From NCBI GenBank assembly GCA_040222015.1, contig JAVJWO010000142.1, forward strand, positions 1 to 49,530: a stretch of DNA of 49,530 nucleotides. Reading direction: 5' to 3'. A model generated the notes under the pieces. That model had not been told where the DNA came from. It was given only the letters and a program-made list of their open reading frames with translations, and ran no database searches. Below, one piece after another: positions 18,374 through 29,100 of this stretch (positions are counted from its first letter, which is position 1; every line of letters starts with the position of its first letter). Position numbers and translations under genes: made by a program. Origin of the DNA: Coleofasciculus chthonoplastes F2-STO-03. Lineage in GTDB: Bacteria > Cyanobacteriota > Cyanobacteriia > Cyanobacteriales > Coleofasciculaceae.

Positions 18374-18709
18374 TTAACCCACAGCAAACCCTGTATAGGG
18401 GCGGACTAAAGGTTCATGGAACGCCAAAACAATATCCTCCTTTGGGACTCCTAACTTAACTAATTCATTGGCTATACCAATTTCCGTTCCATCATGCTGT
18501 ATCCAAATCTTTCCATTTTTAATATCGAGATGTAACACGCACCCATACATCGGTTGGCGATTTTTCCAACCTGTATAAACAACCTGATAATGATCCCGTT
18601 CTCGGTCAAAAATTAGTTCTGTTTCTACTTCATCATCCGATGGACTTCCCTTCGCATATTCACTTAATAAGTATTGGATGTATGTGCGATATTTTTCTAT
18701 GTTTTCCAT
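18374..18709 (-). CDS. xisI: XisI family protein
   Basis: FDRERDHYQ..GW..HLDIKNGKIWIQHDGTE..IVLAFH. Confidence 0.95.
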   Translation of the reverse strand: MENIEKYRTYIQYLLSEYAKGSPSDDEVETELIFDRERDHYQVVYTGWKNRQPMYGCVLHLDIKNGKIWIQHDGTEIGIANELVKLGVPKEDIVLAFHEPLVRPYTGFAVG

Positions 18710-19113
18710 TCTAATATCACCTCGTCTTTGGGGTCATAAACAAGCAAGCTGAGTTGAAAACGCTGAATGATGGTTTCCACAAAGGGCAAATTAAAAAATG
18801 TTTTATAAGCCCCTAGAGGAACGGCTAAATATAAAACACGCTCAGGCTGCTGCTCTTCCAAAGCAACACGATAGTTAAGGAATTGACCCAAGGCTGTATG
18901 AAATTCAGAAATATTTGACGGAGTAATAAAGCTTTTAATCTCAACCGCTATCTTTTCTTCTCCTTTCTCAGCCGCTAGGATTCGTTCTGCGCCTAAGTCG
19001 ATTCGCATATCAACCCTACCTGATCTAATTCTCAGGGGATCGTCTGTAATTACCCAATCCTCTTTTTCCAATCCGTTTCTTACTGCATCATGAAAAATAT
19101 CTTTAGCCACCAT
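18697..19113 (-). CDS. xisH: XisH family protein (PD-(D/E)xK-like)
   Basis: AKDIFHDAV..W.IT.DP..IDLGAE..VEIKSF..ALGQF; overlaps xisI. Confidence 0.95.
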   Translation of the reverse strand: MVAKDIFHDAVRNGLEKEDWVITDDPLRIRSGRVDMRIDLGAERILAAEKGEEKIAVEIKSFITPSNISEFHTALGQFLNYRVALEEQQPERVLYLAVPLGAYKTFFNLPFVETIIQRFQLSLLVYDPKDEVILEWKT

Positions 19114-19271
19114 TCAGCCAATTTAGGGATTTAGTCTTTTTGACTTTTTATTTTAACACTCGAACACCAGTGTATTCGCAATCGATGGCAGCCTTCCTGA
19201 AGGGTGGACAATAAGAGGGTCTGCTGAATAAGTGGTGAGGTGAGGGGGAGATGGGGAAGATGGGGGATTAA

Positions 19272-19350
19272 ATCCCCCTTCCGTCCCCCTTTTGATCCCC
19301 CTTCCGTCCCCCTATTAGATCCCCCTCCCGTCCCCCTTCAAAAGGGGGAA
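19272..19350. repeat. Tandem ~23 bp GATCCCCCTTCCGTCCCCCT repeats ending in a CCCCCTT..AAGGGGG hairpin
   Basis: Three units; matching copy at 25217-25250. Confidence 0.8.
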
Positions 19351-19545
19351 GCCAAAGGATGCTTCGCTTTTTTTGCACGGAATGTAGGATTCAAAGCCTT
19401 CTCAAGAGCAGGAGAGAGGTTTGGAGAGAGGTTTTCCAGATCCCGTGAAAAGTAAGATCAATGCTAGGATTTAAACATAGAATAAAAAGCGCGATCGCGA
19501 GTCGTTCTATACAAAGCCGTGCTAAATTGAAAATCATTATATCCC

Positions 19546-20124
19546 ATGAACAATTTATCACCCGTCATTTTAAACTTAAAACACGTTGGCTTAAGCGATG
19601 AGCAATTTTACCAACTCTGCCAAGCTAATGAAACGTGGAAACTGGAACAAACCGCTAAAGGAGAATTATTCATTATGCCTCCCGTTGGTGGAGTGAGTGG
19701 CAATCGAGAATCCGATTTTAATGGTCAACTTTGGCTGTGGAATCGTCAAACTCAACTAGGAAAAGTCTTTAGTTCATCAACCATATTTCGCTTACCCAAC
19801 GGTGGAAAGCGTTCTCCCGATGTGGCTTGGATAGCAAACCAACGCTGGGAATCCCTCACTCCCGAAGAACAAGAAAAATTTCCGCCAATTTGTCCAGATT
19901 TTGTCATCGAACTCCGTTCTCGCACCGATTCTCTATCGGACTTACAAGAAAAAATGCAGGAGTATCTCAATAGTGGTTTACAATTAGGCTGGTTAATTAA
20001 TCCCCAAGCCCAACAAGTCGAAATTTATCGTCAGAATCAGACAGTTGAGATAGTCCAATTACCCGCGAGTTTATCCGGAGAGGATATCTTACCTGGATTT
20101 ATATTAGAGTTACCCGTTTTCTAA
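19546..20124 (+). CDS. Uma2 family (DUF820) endonuclease
   Basis: RSPDVAW, CPDFVIELRS, KMQEY, LGWLINP. Confidence 0.95.
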   Translation: MNNLSPVILNLKHVGLSDEQFYQLCQANETWKLEQTAKGELFIMPPVGGVSGNRESDFNGQLWLWNRQTQLGKVFSSSTIFRLPNGGKRSPDVAWIANQRWESLTPEEQEKFPPICPDFVIELRSRTDSLSDLQEKMQEYLNSGLQLGWLINPQAQQVEIYRQNQTVEIVQLPASLSGEDILPGFILELPVF

Positions 20125-20401
20125 GCCAAAATCCTGTAGATTTTCTCTCCCCACCACAAGACTTATTTAGCAGACCCTAGATTAGGTTTAGTTCGTAGTG
20201 GGGAACCTTAGCCTAGATTTGGCAACCTACAATCTATACTTTCTGATTATTTACACTGGGCAATTGTCCCCCGTTCTGGAGATAAGAAAACCTATAATTA
20301 CGGCTTTAGTTAGGGCACGGCAGTGCCGTACCCCTACCCTAACCCAGAAATCATTGATTGCGTAGGGGCACGATACCATCGTACCTTTCTCAATACTGCT
20401 T

Positions 20402-20764
20402 TTATAGTAGCGGCATAAAACTAATGCGATCTTGGTATTCATCTTCCCAAGCTGCCTCAGCTACAATCATCAACTCTTCCATAATTTGCCCCATGGTCAT
20501 ATCATCATTGATAATAAATATTCCTGGTACATGATGATTATCTGCCAGATGTTCGGCTAGATAAACTGGCATTGTTTTGCGGTTATTCGTAACCAAAATA
20601 AATCTATTGTCTTCACACCAACCCAGAATATCTGCATCGGGAGTGCCTTTAGGGGGTGCATTGGGGTCACCAATTACCCAAACTTGCAATTGAGGATATC
20701 GTTGCAACATTTGTGTGCGAAGCACCAGTGGAATATGTTCATCCAGGAGATATTTAATTGTCAT
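20402..20764 (-). CDS. DUF5615 family PIN-like toxin
   Basis: YLLDEH, GTPDADIL, ILVTNNR; TAATG-coupled to DUF433. Confidence 0.85.
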   Translation of the reverse strand: MTIKYLLDEHIPLVLRTQMLQRYPQLQVWVIGDPNAPPKGTPDADILGWCEDNRFILVTNNRKTMPVYLAEHLADNHHVPGIFIINDDMTMGQIMEELMIVAEAAWEDEYQDRISFMPLL

Positions 20765-21117
20765 TAACTCACGGCTTGACTTGAAGTATCTTGTTGAGAA
20801 TCTACTTGTTTTTTTGCCTTCAATTGTCGTAGCTTTTCAATAAATGGTGGCGGATTTTCCTGTTGTTGTTTTCGCATCTGATGACTCCAGGCTAACCAAT
20901 CAGCTAAATAGGCACTCACAGATTCTTGGTTGTGTAAATAGTATAAAATAGTAGCATGAACCTGTTCTAGTGTTACAGTTCGATAACGTTCAGTTATGGC
21001 TGAGGGAGTTTGAGCGCGATGGATATATTGGTAGAGAATATGTTCTATGCCAATGCGTGTTCCTTTAAGGCGAATATCATCAGGAGCTAAGAAATCAAAG
21101 TAGTCTTCTAATTGCAT
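20764..21117 (-). CDS. DUF433 family antitoxin
   Basis: IRLKGTRIGIE..LEQVHATILYY. Confidence 0.9.
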   Translation of the reverse strand: MQLEDYFDFLAPDDIRLKGTRIGIEHILYQYIHRAQTPSAITERYRTVTLEQVHATILYYLHNQESVSAYLADWLAWSHQMRKQQQENPPPFIEKLRQLKAKKQVDSQQDTSSQAVS

Positions 21118-21492
21118 AAGTATTTATTCTAATGCTGCATAAAGTGTTTATTATAACACCCAGATAGCCCTTCTCAATTTTGCTTGCGTTCGTAGTGGGG
21201 AACCTTAGCCCTAGATTCTGTTGGGTTGAGCGAAGTTAGGACACAGCAGCTACTTCAACTGACATCGAACTGAAGCGATGCGCCTACAAAACTCAACACT
21301 TTTTTCACAAATCTCAATTTTGCTGAGAACGGTGCGTTACGGCGCAAAAATTTTAAGCTATTTTTCACATTAATCCAAGCAAGCGCCTAACGCACCCTAC
21401 AGGATAGGTTTAAATTCCTGACAGCTTAAAGAAGCCAGCAACTTAGGTTATAATAACTCATCGTTAAATTAAAACCCTTAATCAATACCTTA

Positions 21493-22980
21493 ATGAAACT
21501 CACCGATATTATCCATCACGATATTGTCATTCACTTAGATACCCTGAAAACTGACTCAGAGTTAGTCAAGCAAATCCAAACCCAACTGAATCGCTTAGGA
21601 TTTTATCCCGGTGGTTCCTGGCTGGATGGTGCTTATGGCAACCAGACAGAACAGGCAATGACTGATTTCAGTAAATCGGTTTACCTGAATAACATGGATA
21701 GTCAGAAGTTTGGCAAAGGCTGGGCGCAAAAACTACTGCCTCAGGAGATCAAACCTCTTCCCTCGCTTAAAGACAAAAATAAAGACACGATTTATCAAAC
21801 CTTCTTAAAAGAATCTGTCAAGGGAACCGTTGACGAACCCTCCCTATTTTATAAACGAATTGACACCTCTCCCTACAAAACTCAACTCAAAGACTATGCC
21901 GCCCGTCTGATGCAGAAGCCGGATGACAAAACTTTGGTTTCGGTTACCAAAGATACCGCCCACTTCCAACCTTTCCCCCCCGTTGGACAACTCCCCGATA
22001 TTGATGACCAAGGCTTAAGCTTTTTGCATCCAGAGATTACCGAAGCCTGTCTCTGTGTCGGCAGTTTTGTTAACGGAGACTTCAAGACCAAATGGCTCGG
22101 CAGAAATGCGTTGAGTAAAACCGAGTTTTGGAGTAGTAGTAAAATTATCCCCATTCTCAATGTTGTCTCTCGCAGCAATACCAACGCCTTTCAAGTAGAT
22201 ATTGATAACTGCCTGATTCGAGGCAGAGATTTAAGCGGACAATACCGAGAATTCTCGTTCCATGATGTGCTTAAAGACATTCTCTCCTACGACAATCGCA
22301 TTGCTTCATCCAACTCCCTAGCGGCAATGTTAAAGCAATTTTCGACTCCCGCCGAGTTAGAGAATTGGTTGAAAAGTATGACCGGAAATCAAGACTTGAT
22401 TTTTACGGGACGCTATGGCGAAGAACCGTTTATCCCAGAACCCGAATTATCGACGCAACCGCCTCAAGCATGGTGGCGTCCCCGAAATGTTATTCTCAAA
22501 GGTGTATCAGAACGACATCGCGGCGAAAATACGATTACCGCTTATGATTTAACCCGCATGATTTCGATGTTAGGTTGGCATTATCACATCCCCCAATCCT
22601 CACGATTACCGGGTGCTCAATGGCATAGTTTAGAATCGGTGATTCGGGCGATGGGTGCAGATGCGGCGCGTTTAACGGATGGGGCATTAGAGGCACTAGA
22701 TTTGCAGGATAAAATTAGTTCGCCGGTGATTATTTCTAAACTAGGAAATGGGGTGACTCAGATTCGGAATCGGGCGGAAGCGGTTTATGTGGCACTGGTT
22801 CAGTTTATTCAACCCAGTACAATGGGTGTGCCAGAGTTGGTGACGTTTAGCATGGCATTAAAGGGGGCAAAGCGTTTAGAACCCAGGGATGCGAAGCGTG
22901 AGGTGGTGGAATTGGATGCTAGGATGGCAACGGAAGTAACGGAAGTTCTTCGTCGAGGGGCGTTAGCGGAATTAGGTTGA
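21493..22980 (+). CDS. Peptidoglycan-binding domain plus serine beta-lactamase/PBP-like domain protein
   Basis: VKQIQTQLNRLGFY..DGAYGNQTEQAM (PG_binding_1-like); SxxK (SSSK), SxN (SSN) and KxG (SKLG) in canonical order. Confidence 0.7.
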   Translation: MKLTDIIHHDIVIHLDTLKTDSELVKQIQTQLNRLGFYPGGSWLDGAYGNQTEQAMTDFSKSVYLNNMDSQKFGKGWAQKLLPQEIKPLPSLKDKNKDTIYQTFLKESVKGTVDEPSLFYKRIDTSPYKTQLKDYAARLMQKPDDKTLVSVTKDTAHFQPFPPVGQLPDIDDQGLSFLHPEITEACLCVGSFVNGDFKTKWLGRNALSKTEFWSSSKIIPILNVVSRSNTNAFQVDIDNCLIRGRDLSGQYREFSFHDVLKDILSYDNRIASSNSLAAMLKQFSTPAELENWLKSMTGNQDLIFTGRYGEEPFIPEPELSTQPPQAWWRPRNVILKGVSERHRGENTITAYDLTRMISMLGWHYHIPQSSRLPGAQWHSLESVIRAMGADAARLTDGALEALDLQDKISSPVIISKLGNGVTQIRNRAEAVYVALVQFIQPSTMGVPELVTFSMALKGAKRLEPRDAKREVVELDARMATEVTEVLRRGALAELG

Positions 22981-23089
22981 ATTAAGGTTGGTGGGCAATG
23001 CCCACCCTACGCTATATCAAGGGTTGAATTTCCTCTGAGTCCGATAAGGGATTAGAATTGGGGCATGATACTCATTAGCGATCGCGGAT

Positions 23090-24541
23090 ATGAACGCAAG
23101 TGCAGACATCGTAGAATTAGCCGATGCCTTAGTCTATACCAAGACTGGGCAGCATCTGAATGATCTGCAACGGTTCATTCTGCGGGAATCCTGGCAAGAG
23201 ACGAAGAAAAATTATGACCAAATGGCTCAAGAGTTGGGGTATTCGGACAGTTATATTAAGCAATCGGTTGCGCCTCAATTATGGAAAATGCTGTCCCAAG
23301 GACTGGGCGAAAAAGTAACAAAAAATACTGTTCGCTCTGTGCTAGAACGACAACTGCTGGCTCAAAATGAACCTAAATTTAAAACTGTTCTTAATAACAC
23401 TCTATCATCGATAGAAACAGCTCGTTCTGATTATTTAGATGACCTGAATTACTCTCCTAACCCGCTTATTTCCGAATCGGATCAGACCATCTTGCCATCC
23501 GTTGACCTGGAATTACCCGATGGCAGTGTTCCCTTAAATTCTCTCTTTTATATCGAGCGAGTTCCCGACGAAGCCCACTGTTATCAGGAACTGCTTAAAC
23601 CTGGCACGTTGATCCGAATTAAAGGACCGAGGCAAATTGGCAAAACCTCGTTAGTTAATCGCTTACTCAGTCGGGGTATCGCCAATGGTTATAAAACAGT
23701 CGTTTTAGATTTTCAGCAAGTTGACGAAACGGTGATTAGCGATTTGAATAAGATGTTACGCTGGTTATGTGCCGGCTTGACTCGCCAATTAAAATTAAAG
23801 TCGAGGCTGAATGACTATTGGGATGAGGATTTGGGCAGTAAGATGAGTTGCGCTCTCTATATTCGAGAATATATTTTAGCCGAAGTTGATGCTCCGATTG
23901 TCTTGGTTTTAGAAGAATTGAGCCTGATTTTTCAACAGGTGAACATTGTCCAAGAATTTCTTACCCTATTGAGATCTTGGCATGAGCAAGCTAAAGTTGA
24001 CCCAATTTGGCAACGGTTACGCTTGGTGCTAATCCAATCAACCGAAGTCTATGTTCCTTTAGATATCAATCAGTCTCCGTTTAATGTCGGGCTGGGCGTT
24101 GATTTAGAACCCCTGAGTCGGGAACAGGTGCAAGACTTGACTTGGCGTCATGGATTGAGGTTAGAGGTGGAACAACTAACTCAGCTTATGCAGCTTGTGG
24201 GGGGTCATCCTTATCTGATACGGTTGACATTATACCACTTAGCTAGACAGGATTTGACGTTTGAGGAGATCCTGAAAACAGCTGCAACGGAGACGGGAAT
24301 TTATGCCAACCATCTGCATCGACATTTGTGGACTCTGCAACATAATCTTGAACTAGCGGCGGCGTTTAACCAGGTTCTCAGCACCACTAAACCGATTGAA
24401 GTGGAACAGGTGCAAGGGTTTAAGTTGCACAGTATGGGACTGGTGAATCTTCAGGGAAACCTGGTCAGACTAAGTTGTGATTTGTATCGGTACTATTTTC
24501 GCGATCGCATCATCAAGTGTCAAGACGCAGGAAGTGAGTAA
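23090..24541 (+). CDS. N-terminal HTH plus AAA-like (AAA_35) P-loop NTPase
   Basis: HLNDLQ..YDQMAQELGYS..LWKMLS HTH-like region; GPRQIGKTS Walker A; SPFNVG; GGHPYL. Confidence 0.88.
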   Translation: MNASADIVELADALVYTKTGQHLNDLQRFILRESWQETKKNYDQMAQELGYSDSYIKQSVAPQLWKMLSQGLGEKVTKNTVRSVLERQLLAQNEPKFKTVLNNTLSSIETARSDYLDDLNYSPNPLISESDQTILPSVDLELPDGSVPLNSLFYIERVPDEAHCYQELLKPGTLIRIKGPRQIGKTSLVNRLLSRGIANGYKTVVLDFQQVDETVISDLNKMLRWLCAGLTRQLKLKSRLNDYWDEDLGSKMSCALYIREYILAEVDAPIVLVLEELSLIFQQVNIVQEFLTLLRSWHEQAKVDPIWQRLRLVLIQSTEVYVPLDINQSPFNVGLGVDLEPLSREQVQDLTWRHGLRLEVEQLTQLMQLVGGHPYLIRLTLYHLARQDLTFEEILKTAATETGIYANHLHRHLWTLQHNLELAAAFNQVLSTTKPIEVEQVQGFKLHSMGLVNLQGNLVRLSCDLYRYYFRDRIIKCQDAGSE

Positions 24542-24789
24542 CAGTAGAGGAACCTGTTCCAGAGCTGTTCTGACATGGTGCATCTGGAGAAGAGGATGAG
24601 AAATGACGAAGTTTTTGCAAAAATTACCATTTTTTATCTATTGACAGCATTGACGAATTGTGCAATGCAGGCTAAAGCGGATCAGAAAGTAGTGGATTTT
24701 TATGAATTTTTCTGTATGTTTCGATTCAAAATTAACTGTTATTCTTGATTTAGTCAATTTAAAGCTGTAGTGATTGAATCAAATCATAT

Positions 24790-25215
24790 ATGAAAAATAA
24801 ACATATAGACAAACAAATTCAAGACTTAGACCAATGGATTAAAAATAATTCAGATTCAAGAGAGTTAAAAAGAGCTATGGGGGTTAAATTAACTCTTCAA
24901 GGATGGAATTATAAATCGATTGCTGATTTTCTGAATGTATCGAATGGGTTTATCAGTAAATGGAATAAGCGGTTTAAAGAATCTGGACTAGAAGGGCTTA
25001 AGTTATCTTACAAAGGCTCTAGTGGTTATTTGACCGAACACCAAAAGAAAGATGTGATAAATTGGTTAAACCAAGGCGAAAACCAGGGTTTAGAGAAGAT
25101 AAAACGTTATTTAAGTGAGAAATATGGGATCAACTTTAAATCCAAATCAAGCTACTATAATTTAATCAAAGAATCACAAAACGGTTTCTTTCAGTTCTCT
25201 GGGGAGTATTTCTAA
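24790..25215 (+). mobile_element. IS630-family transposase N-terminal HTH domains only (no DDE domain)
   Basis: DSRELKRA..VK..IA..LNVS..FISKW..GLEGLKLSYKGS.GYL..YGI.FKS..SYY; AT-rich. Confidence 0.75.
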
Positions 25216-25286
25216 CGATCCCCCTTCCGTCCCCCTTTTTGATCCCCCTGCCCCTGCGAGGGGGTGAGTGCGATCGCCTTTTACCT

Positions 25287-25934
25287 CTAATCCGGCTGCT
25301 GTTCTCTCACCCAAGTCCGAAACGCCCGTAATGTTGCGGTTTCTCCATCCGCTAAACTTTGCCGAATAAACCGAGGAATTGCGGCTAAAGATAGCCATGG
25401 AAACGTCGGACTTTTATCCACAGATTGATAACTCGTTGATTCTGGAGATAAAACAAATACATCGAGTTTACGTCCATCATAACGCCACAGTTCTGGTACA
25501 CCAATCGCGGCATAAATTGGTAGTTTATCCATAGAACCACTGGTAATATCAATCTCTAAGACTAGATCGGGTGGCGGGTCATTCGCCAAATCAATCTCTT
25601 GTTTATGTCTAACCTTGGGTTCATTTTGGATGTAGTAACAGGAGTCAGGTTCTCCCCCTTTTTGTCGTTTTTCTCGCTTCAGAGTGAGAGAACCAAACCG
25701 TTTGAGGTTGAGATTTAATTCATCCGCGATCGCGCCAATTAAGCTTTCAATAAAGCGGTTATTATTTTCATGAGCTCCTAAGGGCGTCATAATTTCTAAT
25801 ACTCCGTCATTGTAAGCCAAACGAGCGCAGCGGTTTTTCCCTAAGTCTGCAAGTAACCGCTCAAACGTTTGCCAACTGATATTTGACAGAATGACCCGAT
25901 GTTCGGCTAGTTCAAAGGTAGCTGTTGTCATCAC
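25287..25934 (-). CDS. Uma2 family (DUF820) endonuclease
   Basis: ISWQTFE, GEPDSCYYI, PPPDLVLEIDITS, GVPELWRYD. Confidence 0.95.
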   Translation of the reverse strand: MMTTATFELAEHRVILSNISWQTFERLLADLGKNRCARLAYNDGVLEIMTPLGAHENNNRFIESLIGAIADELNLNLKRFGSLTLKREKRQKGGEPDSCYYIQNEPKVRHKQEIDLANDPPPDLVLEIDITSGSMDKLPIYAAIGVPELWRYDGRKLDVFVLSPESTSYQSVDKSPTFPWLSLAAIPRFIRQSLADGETATLRAFRTWVREQQPD

Positions 25935-26153
25935 CTATTCCTGACAAAATTATCCCTTTTGTCGGGGTGTAAAAATGAAAGTAATAATTGGGTAAAAAAT
26001 GGCTTTCCCCCTTGTATAGTATAGCTTCCCGCTTAATTCAGCAAGTCCCTAAGATGAGTCCCCCATCCCTCTACCTTCTCCGTTGCCCTTGTTCTTTTCC
26101 ATTCTCTGAGTATCATTAGAGTTAGGGTTTGCCAGAAGCAGGGGGGGCTAGGA

Positions 26154-29100
26154 TTGATGGGCATCATCACGTTTCTCAAACAGGGGCGATCGCTGACCTT
26201 CCCGTTAGTCTGGCTAACCCTTTTCAATCCGACGGTTCAGGCTCAGTTAATACCAGACAGCACGTTAGGCACAGAAACCTCTATCGTTACTCCTCAAGGT
26301 GTACGAGACTTAATTGAAGGTGGCGCAAGGGGAGGGAGTAACTTGTTCCATAGTTTTAGTGAGTTTAACGTTAATTTAGACCAACAAGTTTACTTTGCAA
26401 ATCCGGATGGAATTACCGATATCCTGACTCGCGTTACGGGGAATAATGTCTCTAATATCTGGGGAACTTTAGGTGTTGATGGCAATGCCAACCTCTTTTT
26501 ACTCAATCCTAATGGGATTATTTTTGGTGCCGATGCCCAATTAGATGTTGCGGGTTCTTTTGTGGCGAGTACGGCTGATGGGATTCAGTTGGGAAACGAT
26601 GGAATGTTTCGGGCGACTAATCCCCAAGACAGTCAATTGTTGGCGATTCAACCGGGTGTCTTATTTTTAGACGCCTTACGCCAACAGCAAGCGGAAATTC
26701 GGAATCAGGGGAATTTACGTGTCGGTGCAGGAAAAACCTTGACGCTAGCGGGAGATAGGGTGATTAGTACAGGTTCATTGATGGCTCCTGGCGGTACAAT
26801 TCAGGTATTGGGCGAGGACGTTCAGCTATTAGAAACTGCCAAAGTTGATGTGTCTTCTCTTACAGGTGGTGGTCATATCACTATTGGTCAAGGGGAACAA
26901 GTGACTATTGCCTCAGGGGTGCAAATTCAAGCCGATTCTCTGCATCAGGGGGATGGCGGGAATGTGATTATTAGGGGTAATAAAACTACGCAATTTCAGG
27001 GAACAATTACCGCCCGTGGTGCGAGTGATAATCCTCAATCTAATGGTGGATTTGTGGATGTCTCCGGTGGATATTTAGAGTTTACCGGAATCGTGGATAC
27101 CACAGCACCTTTGGGAGACGTGGGAGCCCTGTTACTCGACCCAAAAAATATTTGGATTCAAGATGATGGAATTGACTCAGCCGATGGACAAACCTTTGAT
27201 ACGAATCCCACAGAAGTATCGATTATTAACGGTGATACCCTTGTTTCTACTCTTGCCACTAACTCGGTGACATTACAGGCAAATAATGATATTATCCTTA
27301 ACCAGAGTCTGTTTAGCGGATCAAGCAATAGTCTGACTTTACAGGCAGGACGTTCAATTACTATTGCTGATAATCTGCTAATCTTTCTGAATGGTGGAAA
27401 CTTTACTGCCAAAATTAATGACGAAAATGCTATAGCAGCTCAACGGGATGCTGGAGTTGCCCAGTTTTTAATGAATCCCGGTTCTATTTTGGTCACGAAT
27501 GGCGGGAACATCGAGATTACCTCTGGGACTTTTGCTGATACCAGTCAAATTAACACTGCGGGAAATATTATTGCCAATTCCCAGAATCAAGCTGGAGATA
27601 TCTCACTCAATGCGATCGGGGATGTGAGTATTAACCAGAATATCAGCTCAACGGGAGAAATAGGCGGGAATATTACCCTGAACAGCCAACAGGGTGCGAT
27701 CGCAACTACGGCGGCTCTAGTCAGCAATAGTAGCAATCAAGCCGGAGATATCTCTGTTGAGGCTCACGGGAACATTAGTGTTAATGGGAATATCAGCTCA
27801 CAGGGAGAAATCGGTGGGGGGAATATTACCCTGAACAGCCAACAGGGTGCGATCGCAACTACAGCGCCTCTGGTTAGCAATGGTAGCAATCAAGCAGGTG
27901 ATATCTTACTCAATGCGAGCGAGAATCTGAGTGTCAACCGGAATATCAGATCCGAGGGAGAAATCGGCGGGAACATTACCCTCAACAGTGAAAATGGCGC
28001 GATCGCAACTACAGCGCCTCTGGTTAGCAATGGTATCAATCAAGCGGGTGATATCTCTGTTGAGGCGAGCGAGAATCTTGATATTGAGGGGAATATCGAT
28101 TCAAGTGGAGAAATAGCTGGGGGGAACATTATCCTCAAAAGTGAAAATGGCGCGATCGCAACTACGGCGTCTTTGCTGAGTGAGGGTAGCAATCAAGCCG
28201 GAACTATTTCTGTTGATGCCGCCGGAACCCTAACGACGATGGGAAATATTATTGCCAATTCCCAGAATCAAGCTGGAGATATCTTACTCAATGCGATCGG
28301 GGATGTGAGTGTTAACCGGAATATTAGCGCAATGGGAGAAATCGGTGGGAACATTACCCTCAAAAGCGAGAATGGAGGGATCACCACTACAGCGGCTCTG
28401 GTTACTAATAGTCTAAATCAAGGGGGAGATATCTCTGTTGAGGCTCACGAGAATCTGAGTATTAACCAAAATATTGCCTCAAGAGGAGAAATCGGCGGGA
28501 ACATTACCCTCAAAAGTGAAAAAGGTACGATCGCGACTACGGCGGCTCTGGTTAGCGATGGTAGCAATCAAGCGGGTGATATCTCTGTTGATGCAGCCGG
28601 AAACCTAAATATAATGGCAAGTATTATTGCCAATTCCCAGAATCAAGCTGGAGATATTTTACTCAATGCCACAGGGGATCTTACTATTGACCTTGACCCT
28701 AGCCTTGGTGAAAACATTGCATCTATTGGCGATTTCGCCGGACAAATCACGCTTAACAGTGGTGGACTGTTTTGGCTCAGAGGAAACAGTATCAACAACA
28801 GTAGCACAGTTCCTGGCATTGCCAAGGGAATTACGATTACTGCTCAATCCATCCGAGTTGAAGATGGATCTATTTTTTCCTTTGCCTTCAATGAAGCTCA
28901 AGGGGGAATAGTACAGATTAATGCTGCCGATGACATAGTGATTCGGAACAGTATTCTCGCGACGATTGCTGCTCCGGGTAGTGCTGACGCGGGGGATATC
29001 AACCTAAATACCCGTCGGTTAACCATTATCCAAGACCCTGCATTTACATCTGGCGTTGGGATTGCTTCTAATACCAATCCGGGCAATACTGGCAATGCGG

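Larger units (their letters stand above)
20191..21217. repeat. Direct repeats flanking a TA module
   Basis: gttcgtagtggggaaccttagcc is exact at 20191-20213 and 21188-21210. Confidence 0.8.

Noticed and set aside
18374..19113. fdxN excision element implied by xisH/xisI
   Set aside because: No xisF-like serine recombinase, fdxN or nif genes in the window
21493..22980. Beta-lactam resistance gene
   Set aside because: Only short motif matches, no signal peptide, and a PG-binding fusion points to cell-wall function
27561..28680. Diversity-generating retroelement TR/VR pair
   Set aside because: Repeats are in-frame coding units, differences are not adenine-specific, and there is no reverse transcriptase
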